64,000 nucleotides of DNA from Lepidodermella squamata. Taxonomy: Eukaryota > Animalia > Gastrotricha. The DNA is taken from assembly GCA_047495785.1 (NCBI GenBank), contig JBLDXI010000003.1, positions 682,001 through 746,000 on the forward strand, written 5' to 3'. The notes under the pieces are model-generated. The model saw only the letters and a list, made by a program, of their open reading frames with translations, was not told the origin of the DNA and made no database searches. The position numbers and the translations under genes are program-made. This document shows, piece after piece, positions 24,952 to 34,886 of this stretch; positions within the stretch are counted from its first letter, which is position 1, and each line of letters opens with the position of its first letter.

Positions 24952-26650
24952 TTAAGATAAAATAAAAATACACGCTTTTATTTGACAAACCTGAAGAGGG
25001 CGAAATGCCTGATTGAGCTTTCTCAAATATTCGATCTAAATTGAGAACATTAATGAGTGCGTATTGAGAAGTCGCGAAAAATGGTTATTCTAACCTCTCC
25101 ATTGATATGGCGAGCCAATTCTGTCAAAACTTTGGTGTAGTCGTTAGCACAGTCGTTAGCACAGCAAACAAGTTCAGAAGATTCCATCAACTTGGCTAGT
25201 TTGTTGTTGAAGCGCTCAAACTTCCGCGGCAACTTCAGTGCGGTTTTACGAAGTCGAGCCACTTCCTCCTCGGTAAAATCGACACCGTTCTCCTCGAGTC
25301 GCCAATCGAGTTTACCCAACGCATTAGCAAGACGGCTGTCAAACTGCAAGATGAAAGAAAGGGTATGGTTAGGCATGTTATGAAATGATAAATCGTCAAC
25401 GAAAATGATCGAAAGTAAAAACAAATACTTAATACGATGAAGACAGGGTTCTTAGGGGAAAGTGATCACATCATCCCAGCTGACGTTCTCATCGGAAGGC
25501 CAGCTAGCAAAGTTCACCTTAACATTCAGGCTAACTTTTTAGTAATCATCACCATCAGCATCACTTTGGGATGGCGAAGGTTTCTACATCAACGAAATTT
25601 CGCAGAATCTACTTTACTCAATGATAATGACCCTCATCTGTCAGAATTTCTATTTTCAGTCAGAATTCGAGGCTTTTGCTGAATTATCGGGGATGTTCAA
25701 AAACCTTTCATGATTTATTCACCAAACAATTGGCGGCGACGAATTCTGGAACCTCAAGTCCACTGCAATTCTTTGTTCAATTCTTCATAATTCTTCGTAA
25801 AAGGAATTGGTCAAGAAAAAATCGAAGAAAGTCTTCTCAGAAAATGTTGTTACGTTTGAAAATTAGTGTTTTAATATCTGCATTAATTTTAATAGACCTA
25901 CCACGATCGGCACTAGAACGCTGCGTATTGGCATGGTGGTTCGCCAACTTCAGGCACGTGCATAAATCTCAAAAACTTTTTAGGGTTTTTAGGTTTTAGC
26001 TGTTAGATTAGTCACTTCAAGGTGAAACAAGAATTTATCGCAATTCAAAAGCCCAGATACTGACCTCGATGGACATCACGCTTATTTCGGCTTCCAAAAT
26101 TGAAAGATGCACAGCATGGCATGGTGCGCAGAACCGCTGGTCACAATGCGAGCATAGCGTAGCTGAAGCTGCAGAAACAAAACAAGGCACATGCTGACAT
26201 CGCCAATCCGGGTTGTTGCCAGAGGTATCGCATTTCAACCGTTTCTCGCCAATTTCATAATTTACAGCTTCCCCCTTGCGATCAACGACGACTAAGGTAT
26301 CAATACAACGCTTCATCGCAAAATTAGTCTTATTGCGCGGGTTGCTAAGAGTCTCGTCAGGCTGAATTCGGCGACAATCCGGGTAAGTAAAGACGTCATT
26401 CCCAGCACCCATATCTGATTGAATACCCTTTTTACAAAAGGTGTGATAACAGGATGGCAGAATGGCTGGATCGTCGAGAATTCGCGAACACCTTGCACAG
26501 TGAAGAGACTACTAAAACACGCAATTAATAATAATAATAAATAATAAATGCGCAAAATAATACCGATATGAGCTCGCCCTCAATGATCAGGGGTTGACTC
26601 GAAATGACCACATCGGCGCCGTGTTTCCGCTCACAGGTCGAAGAGGTCAT
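24952..26650 (-). pseudogene. TRIM-ANK family copy 4: degenerate RING, B-box-like and coiled coil, no adjacent ankyrin exon (pseudogene or truncated/decoy form)
   Basis: Exons 26650-26564, 26508-26065, 25343-25095, 25035-24991 are in frame. RING ligands lost (CKKG, YPDC). Donor CAG|GTTTGT at 24990 has no following ANK exon, and read-through stops at 24952. Confidence 0.72.
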
Positions 26651-26843
26651 TAAAACCGAACCCTAATGTAAACGAATGCTTAACTGTACTATATTTAAAA
26701 TCTATCAATTAGAAATAATTCCAGAATCTGAAATCATTCATTAAATAGAAATAGACCTAATGAAACAAGGAACCAAAATTGTTTTTCAAGAAAGATATTT
26801 GATGATTTTTGTAATTAGCCCAAAATTGGCTGAGATAGAAAAT

Positions 26844-29205
26844 TCATGAAGAAACCAGCTTCGCAGCAAAAAGTTTCGCGAGACCAAATTGATTATTTTC
26901 AATTGCTAATTCAACGGGTGACAAGCCATTTTTGTCTTTCATTTTGAGCAGCCTAGGTTCTCGTTCGATAAACCAATTCACGGTTGTCGCCAAAATCTCG
27001 TCCATGTCCCATTTATCCATAATAATAAAATGCAGCACGTTGTAGCCACACACTTCATCGCAATCAGTCAGTTTTGCGCCATTTCTCAGCAGAATTTCTG
27101 CAGATTCAATGCAATTTCGGCAGTCGAGAATCGGGGAAAGGTGGTTCAGGTCGGCCTTAAACTCCTCCACAAGAATCCTAAGTAATAGCAGCTGCTCGTG
27201 GATACACGCGAATTGAAGCGGTGTTTTGACGTCATCTTTAGCTTCCCTTTCCAACAATTCAGGACATTTTTTCAATAGAAACCGAACAGCATCAGCATTC
27301 TTATCAAAACAAATTTTGTGTAGCAGAGTTATCTGAGATTCTTCATAGGTTTGTAGCAGATTAGCGCCTTTTTTTATCAGGTATTTAGCTATTTTTATTT
27401 GGTTGGAACGCAACGCAACACTGAGCGCATCGGAATCGCCAGCCATTGCATTAACATCTGCACCGCATTCTTCGACAAGGCAACGGACAATGTGTAAACG
27501 AGATTCCTGGCTGAGTTCGGAATCGCATTTCTCAGGCGAATCGACGGCTAGAATCAGTGGAGTGAATTTTTCACCCTCTGGGACTGTGTTAACGAGCTGG
27601 GGATTCAGTTTTCCGATACGAGCGATTAAAGCCGTATTGCCACTACATATTGCTGCGCAAAAAATAGAACCTTTGCATTCGTTGAGATCCGCCCCGGCTT
27701 CGTAAAGACACTCGAACACATCCAAGTGACCAGCGCGAACTGCGTGGTAAAGAGGCGTATGCCCATCACCGGCCATGAATGCAATGTTCGTTTTCCGCTC
27801 TTCGACTAAATATTTGATCACGTCTAAATTACCCTGTTTGACTTGGGTCACGAGTATACTTCGGTCAATGGACTCGATGTCCTCAAAGTTCATTCGACAT
27901 TCATCGAAGAAAAATTTCATCATTTCAAGTGTTCCGGCGTAATGAATCGCGAGTAATCCATGATCATCTGCGCTGTAAATATTCGCGCCTTGCTCATTCA
28001 CCAGGTATCGGGCCACTTCAACGGCATCAGGGGATTCACTCAAGGCAACACTCATCAGCAAAGTTTTATGCGTTTCGTCACGCGAACTGACGTAATTCGC
28101 CAGGTGACGGCGCATTCCTTTGGTTAGCGAATCTCTTTCAAATATCCGCTTCACCTTTCCCAACTTGCCTGTGATCGCAGCTTTGTTTAGGGCTAAGACA
28201 TCTTTGCAAAACTTCGGCCTTCCCAACTCATCAGCAGTGATAGATTCGGCAGATGGAAGTTTATGCTCCTTCAAACTTTCAATCTAAAATTGCAATAGGA
28301 AAATTCAAAGTAAATGCTGAAATTCAACATTCAACTAGCAATACCAAGCCATCTATAAAGTGAGCAAGGTCGAGAACATCCAAGTAATCGCGCAAGCAGC
28401 TAAATAATTCGATGGATTGTATCAGCTCGGAGTACTTCTCTTTAAAAGTTTCAAGCCTACGCGGTAGCTTTTTCGCCATTTTTCGAAGTTGGGCTATTTC
28501 ATGTTCGCTAAGGTCGATAGATTTGTCTGCGAACCGCTGGTCGAGTTGAGCTGAAGCCTTGGCCAGGCGTGAGTCAAACTACGTTAAACAAATTGTGATT
28601 TGCGTGCTTTCATAAAGCGAAGAAAAAGTGACATTACCCCACTAGCAATAATGCCGATTTCAATTTTCAAAACGGAGAGATGCACCGCTAAACAGGGTGG
28701 GCAAAAACGATGATCGCAGTGTGAACATAACGTAGCCGAGGATGCTGAGACCAAAACAGGCACGTGCTGACATTGATGACCCAAATTGTTTCTTACGGGC
28801 ATGCATTTTAAAGGTTTATCGTCGCCTTCATCTTCGTTATCGACGGCAATTAGCGAGTCGACTGTGCGTTTTAGGGCGAAATTCGTCATTTCGCTGAGGC
28901 TTTCCGAAGTCAGGGCGGGTTGGAGTTCGCGACACTCAGGACAGGTAATCGCGTCCTTCCTAGCATTCATAACAAGTTGAATGCAACTTTTGCAGAATGA
29001 GTGATTGCATGTGGGTAAAATGATAGGGTCAACGTAGATCCGCAGGCATATCGAGCAATGAAGAGACTGGGGGAGAAAAATAATTTTTTTAACCTGACGA
29101 TTTGATGCTCTTGTTTACCGAAATCAGCTCACCATCCACGGCCATTGATTGGCTCGAGAGTACCACATCAGGGCCATTTTTTCGAGTCCGGAAATTATTG
29201 GACAT
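26844..29205 (-). CDS. TRIM-like RING / B-box-like / coiled-coil / ankyrin-repeat protein, copy 5 (about 729 aa)
   Basis: Exons 29205-29119, 29066-28638, 28578-28345, 28283-26844. Introns of 52, 59 and 61 nt, GT-AG, phase 0. RING CSIC..CNHSFCKSC..CPEC. Confidence 0.88.
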
Positions 29206-29859
29206 TAAATATCGTGAATATTCTAAACAGAATGGGGTGAAAACAAGATTCAAGGAATAAAATTGGAATAGCACAAATGGGGCAGTATCCTGGACAGCTG
29301 GCGAAGTTGTTTTCAAGGGCATCTACAATAATTGAGTTTTACCGTGAAAATCATGACATTCGTGAATTTATCGATGAGCAGTAATGAACGAAGAACTGCC
29401 AAGTTCTCTCGATGGTTATAATGGGATTCAGCCGAGGACTATGACAAGGAACACTAAAAAGATATGCGAAAATATCAAAATAACGTAGATTCAGCAAAGA
29501 ACGCTCTCGGTAATATGAAAACATAATACAGGCTCAATATTTGAGGTAACGTAATCGAATTGTTTGTCAAAGATCGAGCGTAACCACTCCACAAAATATG
29601 AATCCAACAGTTGGAAACCAAGCAGAAACCGAAGAACCCCGAATCTCCAGCTAGGATGTAGCAGGAGATTTCATGTAATCCTGGCAAATCAAGCAAATTG
29701 GCAAATTTTAAGAATTACAAAACCCACGCGAGGAATTTTTGACTGTCATTTCATAACACAATTATCTTTCAAAATTCATCCACCTTCAGCTTCAATCGGC
29801 ATGCGAAATGCGAACAAACAAGCACACGTGGCAAGGCGCTACTAAAATTTCAACATGCC

Positions 29860-30082
29860 ACAATTCAAATGCACCGGGATGACGCGGTCGGCCTGCCATA
29901 TTCAGCTATCAGCAAACGGCATCACCAACAACCAGAGCACACGCGGGAAACCTTTGTTGAGGTAATTCAAAAAATTCAGGAAAAAAGTTCAAGCAAGAAA
30001 AAAGTTCGAGTCGTGCTAACGGGTAATGGCAATTCGAATTCCTGGCAAGGCCGAAACACGTAGGCGACTTGTTATATAAACC
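29860..30082 (+). promoter_or_regulatory. Conserved cathepsin upstream promoter block with TATA box
   Basis: TTCAA(A/C)TGCACCGG..TGAC(A/G)CGG and GTCGTGCTA...GCAA.TC.AATTCCTGGC recur upstream of copies 2, 3 (about 32243-32460) and 4 (about 36775-36992). A TATA-like TATATAAA lies at about 30073. Confidence 0.65.
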
Positions 30083-30144
30083 CTACACCAAACCCATACA
30101 TCATCATTCTAAAGCTTCTTGGCTAGTGAAAATTATTCATCATC

Positions 30145-31461
30145 ATGGCGAAGTTAATACTTTTAGTTATTGCAGCATCATGCTTGCTGGTAGTGGTAGC
30201 TGCTAGTGGACGTGGTCTCAAGCAGCCTGGCACTCCTGATGATCCTCGCTGGGTTGATTTCAAGAAACAGTACAATAAAAACTTCGACGACGAATCGGCT
30301 GATGATCAGGAAGAGGAAGAACTGCTCGAGGAGCTCGAAGACATTGACAAATGGAATGCTAACAATACCGATGACCCTGATGTCAAATATGGCCTTAACG
30401 AATTCAGCTCGAAATCAGCGGATTGGAAGAAGAAGAATCTATATGGCGCCGCGGAGGAAGCGGACCCTCAAGAAACTGAGACCGGAGGCAGCCAACGCAG
30501 GAAAAAACGCCAAATGGGCTACTCAATGTCAACATCATGCTCCGCTGAAAGCTGCAACTTCTGCTTCACGGAGACGCATCACGGTGATCAGATGGGTGGT
30601 GAAACCTGCGTACCGTTTCCGACTGGTAGCAACATGCGAGATGTTTTGCGACAGATTATTACAAGCCGGCCTCTCAACTCCTATGCAGCAGTGGATACGA
30701 ACTACAACAATGTGCCCCCTCAAACAGTATCCGCCGAAGACGCAGTCGTCATGCCAGGTACGATCCTCGACTGGCGCAGTAAAGGCTACATGACGCCGTC
30801 AAAGAATCAAAAGCAATGCGGGTCCTGCTACTCTTTTTCCACGACTGCCGTTTTCGAATCAAGACTAGCAATCAAGAACAAGGCTGCCCCTATTTCAATG
30901 TCCGAACAGCAACTTGTTGACTGCTCAAAGGGAATCGCGAACAACAATGGCTGCGGCGGCGGAAACTTACCGAACAGCGCTACCTATTACCGTAGAACCA
31001 AGGTGTTTGCGAAGGCTGAGGACTACGCTTATACAATGTCTGATACCAACGGGTGTCAATTCGATAGCAGCAAGGGCATTGCGCTGAATGTGACCGGATT
31101 TTACACCATAAAAGGCGTGGAAACGCCTAGGAGTGCCACACAAGTTCCTCTAAGTTCCATGGTTCAGAGAATGATAGATGCACTGCAATACGGACCAGTT
31201 GATATCGCCATAAATGGTGCTTCTGAAAAGTTCCAAGCCTACAAAGAAGGCGTTTGGGATGACAAGGAATGCCCAACGAACACCAATCACGCAGTAACTT
31301 TGGTTGGCTATGGTACGGATCCAACGACGAATGAAGAGTACTGGATCATCCGCAACTCATGGGGCACTACTTGGGGCTACAACGGCTACGGCAAGATTCG
31401 CAAGGGTGTCAATAGATGCGGAACCGAGCAGGAAATAGCTTTTCCATATTTCGGTAATTGA
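30145..31461 (+). CDS. Papain-family cathepsin L-like cysteine protease, copy 2
   Basis: Intronless, signal peptide, QKQCGSCYSF / NHAV / RNSWG catalytic motifs intact. Confidence 0.95.
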   Translation: MAKLILLVIAASCLLVVVAASGRGLKQPGTPDDPRWVDFKKQYNKNFDDESADDQEEEELLEELEDIDKWNANNTDDPDVKYGLNEFSSKSADWKKKNLYGAAEEADPQETETGGSQRRKKRQMGYSMSTSCSAESCNFCFTETHHGDQMGGETCVPFPTGSNMRDVLRQIITSRPLNSYAAVDTNYNNVPPQTVSAEDAVVMPGTILDWRSKGYMTPSKNQKQCGSCYSFSTTAVFESRLAIKNKAAPISMSEQQLVDCSKGIANNNGCGGGNLPNSATYYRRTKVFAKAEDYAYTMSDTNGCQFDSSKGIALNVTGFYTIKGVETPRSATQVPLSSMVQRMIDALQYGPVDIAINGASEKFQAYKEGVWDDKECPTNTNHAVTLVGYGTDPTTNEEYWIIRNSWGTTWGYNGYGKIRKGVNRCGTEQEIAFPYFGN

Positions 31462-32534
31462 TTATCACGCTTTATAATCGAAACTATATGATCTATGGAT
31501 TCATCCAAGCTTTTTGTTCTGTACTAGTACTACAACCGATAAGAACAGTGTGAGCTAAAAAAGAAATTAAACTCAATTGAAATAAGACTGAATGAAGATC
31601 GAAATAGCAATAAAAAATCACGAAATAACACCATTCATATCAAACTATTGTTTTCAACAGTGGGGCAATCAAGACTTATTTCTGATAAAGAATGTCTTTT
31701 AGCGGAACCAAATTTAAATTTTAAATTATGCTGATCAATCATAACATCATTGAAAGTATCATAACATCGAAAAGTGGTTTCAGGCCCATTGAAAATCCCA
31801 AGCCTTCTTTGGTTCCGCTGTAGTCAAAGTCTGCTACAGTGTGCTAAAAGTGAAATCCATTAAAACGCTGCAATAGCTATATCTGAAATTACAGGACGCA
31901 CTTTTGAAATAGAGCATGGACGGTTAACACTTGCTTCAATGTGCATAACACCGAGCTTTATGGAAGACATGTCCAAGCTTTTGCATTCTATTACTATCCA
32001 ACCATATTTGGTCTATCGAATTTAGTTTTTTCTAATAAAGCGATCCATTGTCTTGTTGTCTATAGAATGCTGTAAATTTTTCAACCTTTTCTGATTTCTG
32101 ATACAGCCATTGAGCAAGAGAATTGGAAATTTTCTTGGCACGTTTCTTTCAAAATGCTCTGGTTTTGGCCTAAACAAGCGCGTAAAAATAACACGCTCCA
32201 AAAACGCCTGAATAGATGATGCTATAACTGCCACATGTTCAAATTCAACTGCACCGGCTTGACACGGCTAGCACACCGTATTTTATTATAATAAATAGTA
32301 TTGGCGACAACCAGGGCCGGCATGCATGGGTGAACGCTCTATATTAACGATTCGAGAAACTGCAGGAGAAAAATTTCGCGCGCAAAAAGTCGTGCTACGG
32401 GGGATGGCAACTCCAATTCCTGGCAAGGCCGAAACACGTTGGCGACCTGTTATATTAACCTTGCAGCAAAAACATCCAACAGCATTCAACCTTCATTCTT
32501 TCTTGCCTTATGAGAGCTGTCAATTTCGTTTATC

Positions 32535-33851
32535 ATGACGAATTTTTTATTGTCATTTATCACAGCATCATGCCTGCTAGTGGTCGTGGCCGCGGGAGGA
32601 CGGGGCCTTAAGCAGCCTGGCACTCCCGATGATCCTCGCTGGGTTGATTTCAAGAAACAGTACAATAAAAACTTTGACAACGAAGACGCTGATGATCTAG
32701 AAGAGGAAGAGCTGCTCGAGGAGCTCGAAGACATTGACAAGTGGAATGCGAACAATACCGATGACCCTGATGTCAAGTATGGTCTTAACGAATTCAGCTC
32801 CAAATCTGATGAATGGAAAAACAAGAACTTATTTGGCGACTCCGAAGAGGAGAAGCCGACATTGACGACAGCTGAAGGTAGCCGGCGTAGAAAGAAGCGC
32901 GATCTCTCTTTCTCGATGTCAACATCTTGCAGCGCAACAGGCTGCACGCTTTGCGTCACTGAATTTCATTCGGGCGATCGAATAAGTGAAAAGTGTGTAC
33001 CATCTCCTCCGAACGCAGATGCTACAGCTATCGTCCGACAAATAGTGACGACCCGGCCCCTCAATTCCTACGCCGCGGTTGACACAAATTACAATAATGT
33101 GCCAGTACAAACAGTTTCTGCAGAAGATGCAGTCGTCATGCCAGGGACTATAATGGACTGGAGGAGCAAGGGCTATTTGACGCCGGGTAAAAATCAGCAA
33201 GAATGCGGCTCCTGCTATTCCTTTGCGACAACTGCTGTTTACGAGTCCAGATTGGCGATCAAAAACAAGGCTGCCCCGATTTCAATGTCTGAACAGCAGC
33301 AGGTAGATTGCTCAAAAGGAGTGGGTACCAACAAGGGATGCAACGGAGGCAGCTTGACGAGCAGTACCAGCTACTACCGCAAAACCAAGGCGTACGCGAA
33401 AGCTGAGGACTACCCATACACTATGACTGATAAGAATAACTGTCAGTTCGACAGTAGCAAGGGCGTTCCGATTAATGTAACAGGGTTTTACTGGGTGGAT
33501 GGAGCTGAAAACCCGAGCGGCACAAATGATATACCACAGAGCTCAATGGTTCAACGAATGATAGATGCACTCCAATATGGACCGTTCGACGTTGGTATGG
33601 ACGCAAGCTCCAAAAAGTATGGTGCCTACAAAGAAGGAGTGTGGGATGACAAGGAGTGCGCAACTAAGACGAATCACGCTGTTGTTTTGGTCGGCTACGG
33701 AACAGATCCAACGACCAATGAAGACTACTGGATTATCCGTAATTCCTGGGGCAAGACCTGGGGCTACAACGGTTATGGCAAGATTCGCAAGGGAGTCAAT
33801 CGATGCGGCATCGAATCCCGCATCTCTTTCCCGTATTTTGGCGATAATTGA
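32535..33851 (+). CDS. Papain-family cathepsin L-like cysteine protease, copy 3
   Basis: Intronless, signal peptide, QQECGSCYSF / NHAV / RNSWG intact. Confidence 0.95.
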   Translation: MTNFLLSFITASCLLVVVAAGGRGLKQPGTPDDPRWVDFKKQYNKNFDNEDADDLEEEELLEELEDIDKWNANNTDDPDVKYGLNEFSSKSDEWKNKNLFGDSEEEKPTLTTAEGSRRRKKRDLSFSMSTSCSATGCTLCVTEFHSGDRISEKCVPSPPNADATAIVRQIVTTRPLNSYAAVDTNYNNVPVQTVSAEDAVVMPGTIMDWRSKGYLTPGKNQQECGSCYSFATTAVYESRLAIKNKAAPISMSEQQQVDCSKGVGTNKGCNGGSLTSSTSYYRKTKAYAKAEDYPYTMTDKNNCQFDSSKGVPINVTGFYWVDGAENPSGTNDIPQSSMVQRMIDALQYGPFDVGMDASSKKYGAYKEGVWDDKECATKTNHAVVLVGYGTDPTTNEDYWIIRNSWGKTWGYNGYGKIRKGVNRCGIESRISFPYFGDN

Positions 33852-34475
33852 ACTTAAGATTGAACCCGAGAACTATCAAAATAACTGCATCTGTGGAGTG
33901 ATAGCTCACGTAGGCTAACAGATATTATTAGAGCAGATATCAAATAGTTGGGAATAAAAATGAAATAACTTCACCCCTGTCGATCAAGAAAAATAAGCGA
34001 TGATTTTCGCGGGTTAATGACGGAACAATTCCACACTGAAAAATTATTTCAATCCAAATTGCGTTCAACGCAGTTCCGAAAGCTTTACTGTTGCTAATAA
34101 CTACTCATAGTTATAGGGGCAAACTCATACGTCATTAGTGAGTATAACGTGTCAATAAATAAGCTGTTCTCCGCTTCTCATGTTATGAAACGGCATTAGT
34201 TTTCACACGGTGATCGAAGAGCTGCACATAAAACTGCTGTTTTGGCGGAAGCCAACAAAGTTTTTCCGTTTAAAAAACCAATCAAAGCAGCTCGCCAAAT
34301 CAGTTTCATTTTCTCCAGCCGTGCGTTCCTCGGACAGTTCAACTAATTAACCAATTAATTAGAGAATATTAATTATAACTCCGAAGATTTCTGCAGCTTT
34401 TTCATCGCAGTGCTGACTGAGATCGGCATAGCTTTAATCAAGACCACGTTACTAAAAATTACGAGGTGATATAAG

Positions 34476-34886
34476 CAGATCTTTGGGTTTGATTTCATTT
34501 GATTTTTGTCTCAAATCACTGACCCCGTTCAATCAATCAAAATCTATCAATATCCTACTTTCACAGAACTAAATCAATCAAATCAAATAGTAGATACCGA
34601 TAAATCACAGTAAATACGGCACATCAAGATTTTCACCTATCTAGGGGCTTTGAAAATTCAAAAATCGCCCGAATTCGAAACTACTGCCCCTCTCCAAAGT
34701 GAATTTCAAAAAAGGCGGGAAGATCGTCGCTTAGCGGCATCCGAGTTTCAAATATTTTGATTACATCGATCGCGGTAAATCAAAATCAATCAAATCAAAA
34801 GGTAGCCCCGAGTAAATCAATCGCATTATAAATCTAATTCACCAAAAATAGGGTCTGAATCAAATCCAATCAAATCCAAAGCACTG
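34476..34886. mobile_element. Non-autonomous hAT-like element / MITE
   Basis: Imperfect terminal inverted repeats of about 29 bp (CAGATCTTTGGGTTTGATTTCATTTGATT vs reverse complement CAGTGCTTTGGATTTGATTGGATTTGATT). Internal AAATCAATCAAATC repeats. Flanks gatataag/gataaaat match 6/8, consistent with a decayed 8-bp TSD. Confidence 0.65.

Noticed and set aside
2533-28274. Ankyrin ORFs as stand-alone or bacterial (Wolbachia-like) horizontally transferred genes
   Set aside because: Their track starts are TTG/GTG, and each is preceded by a splice acceptor in frame with upstream RING exons. They are terminal exons.
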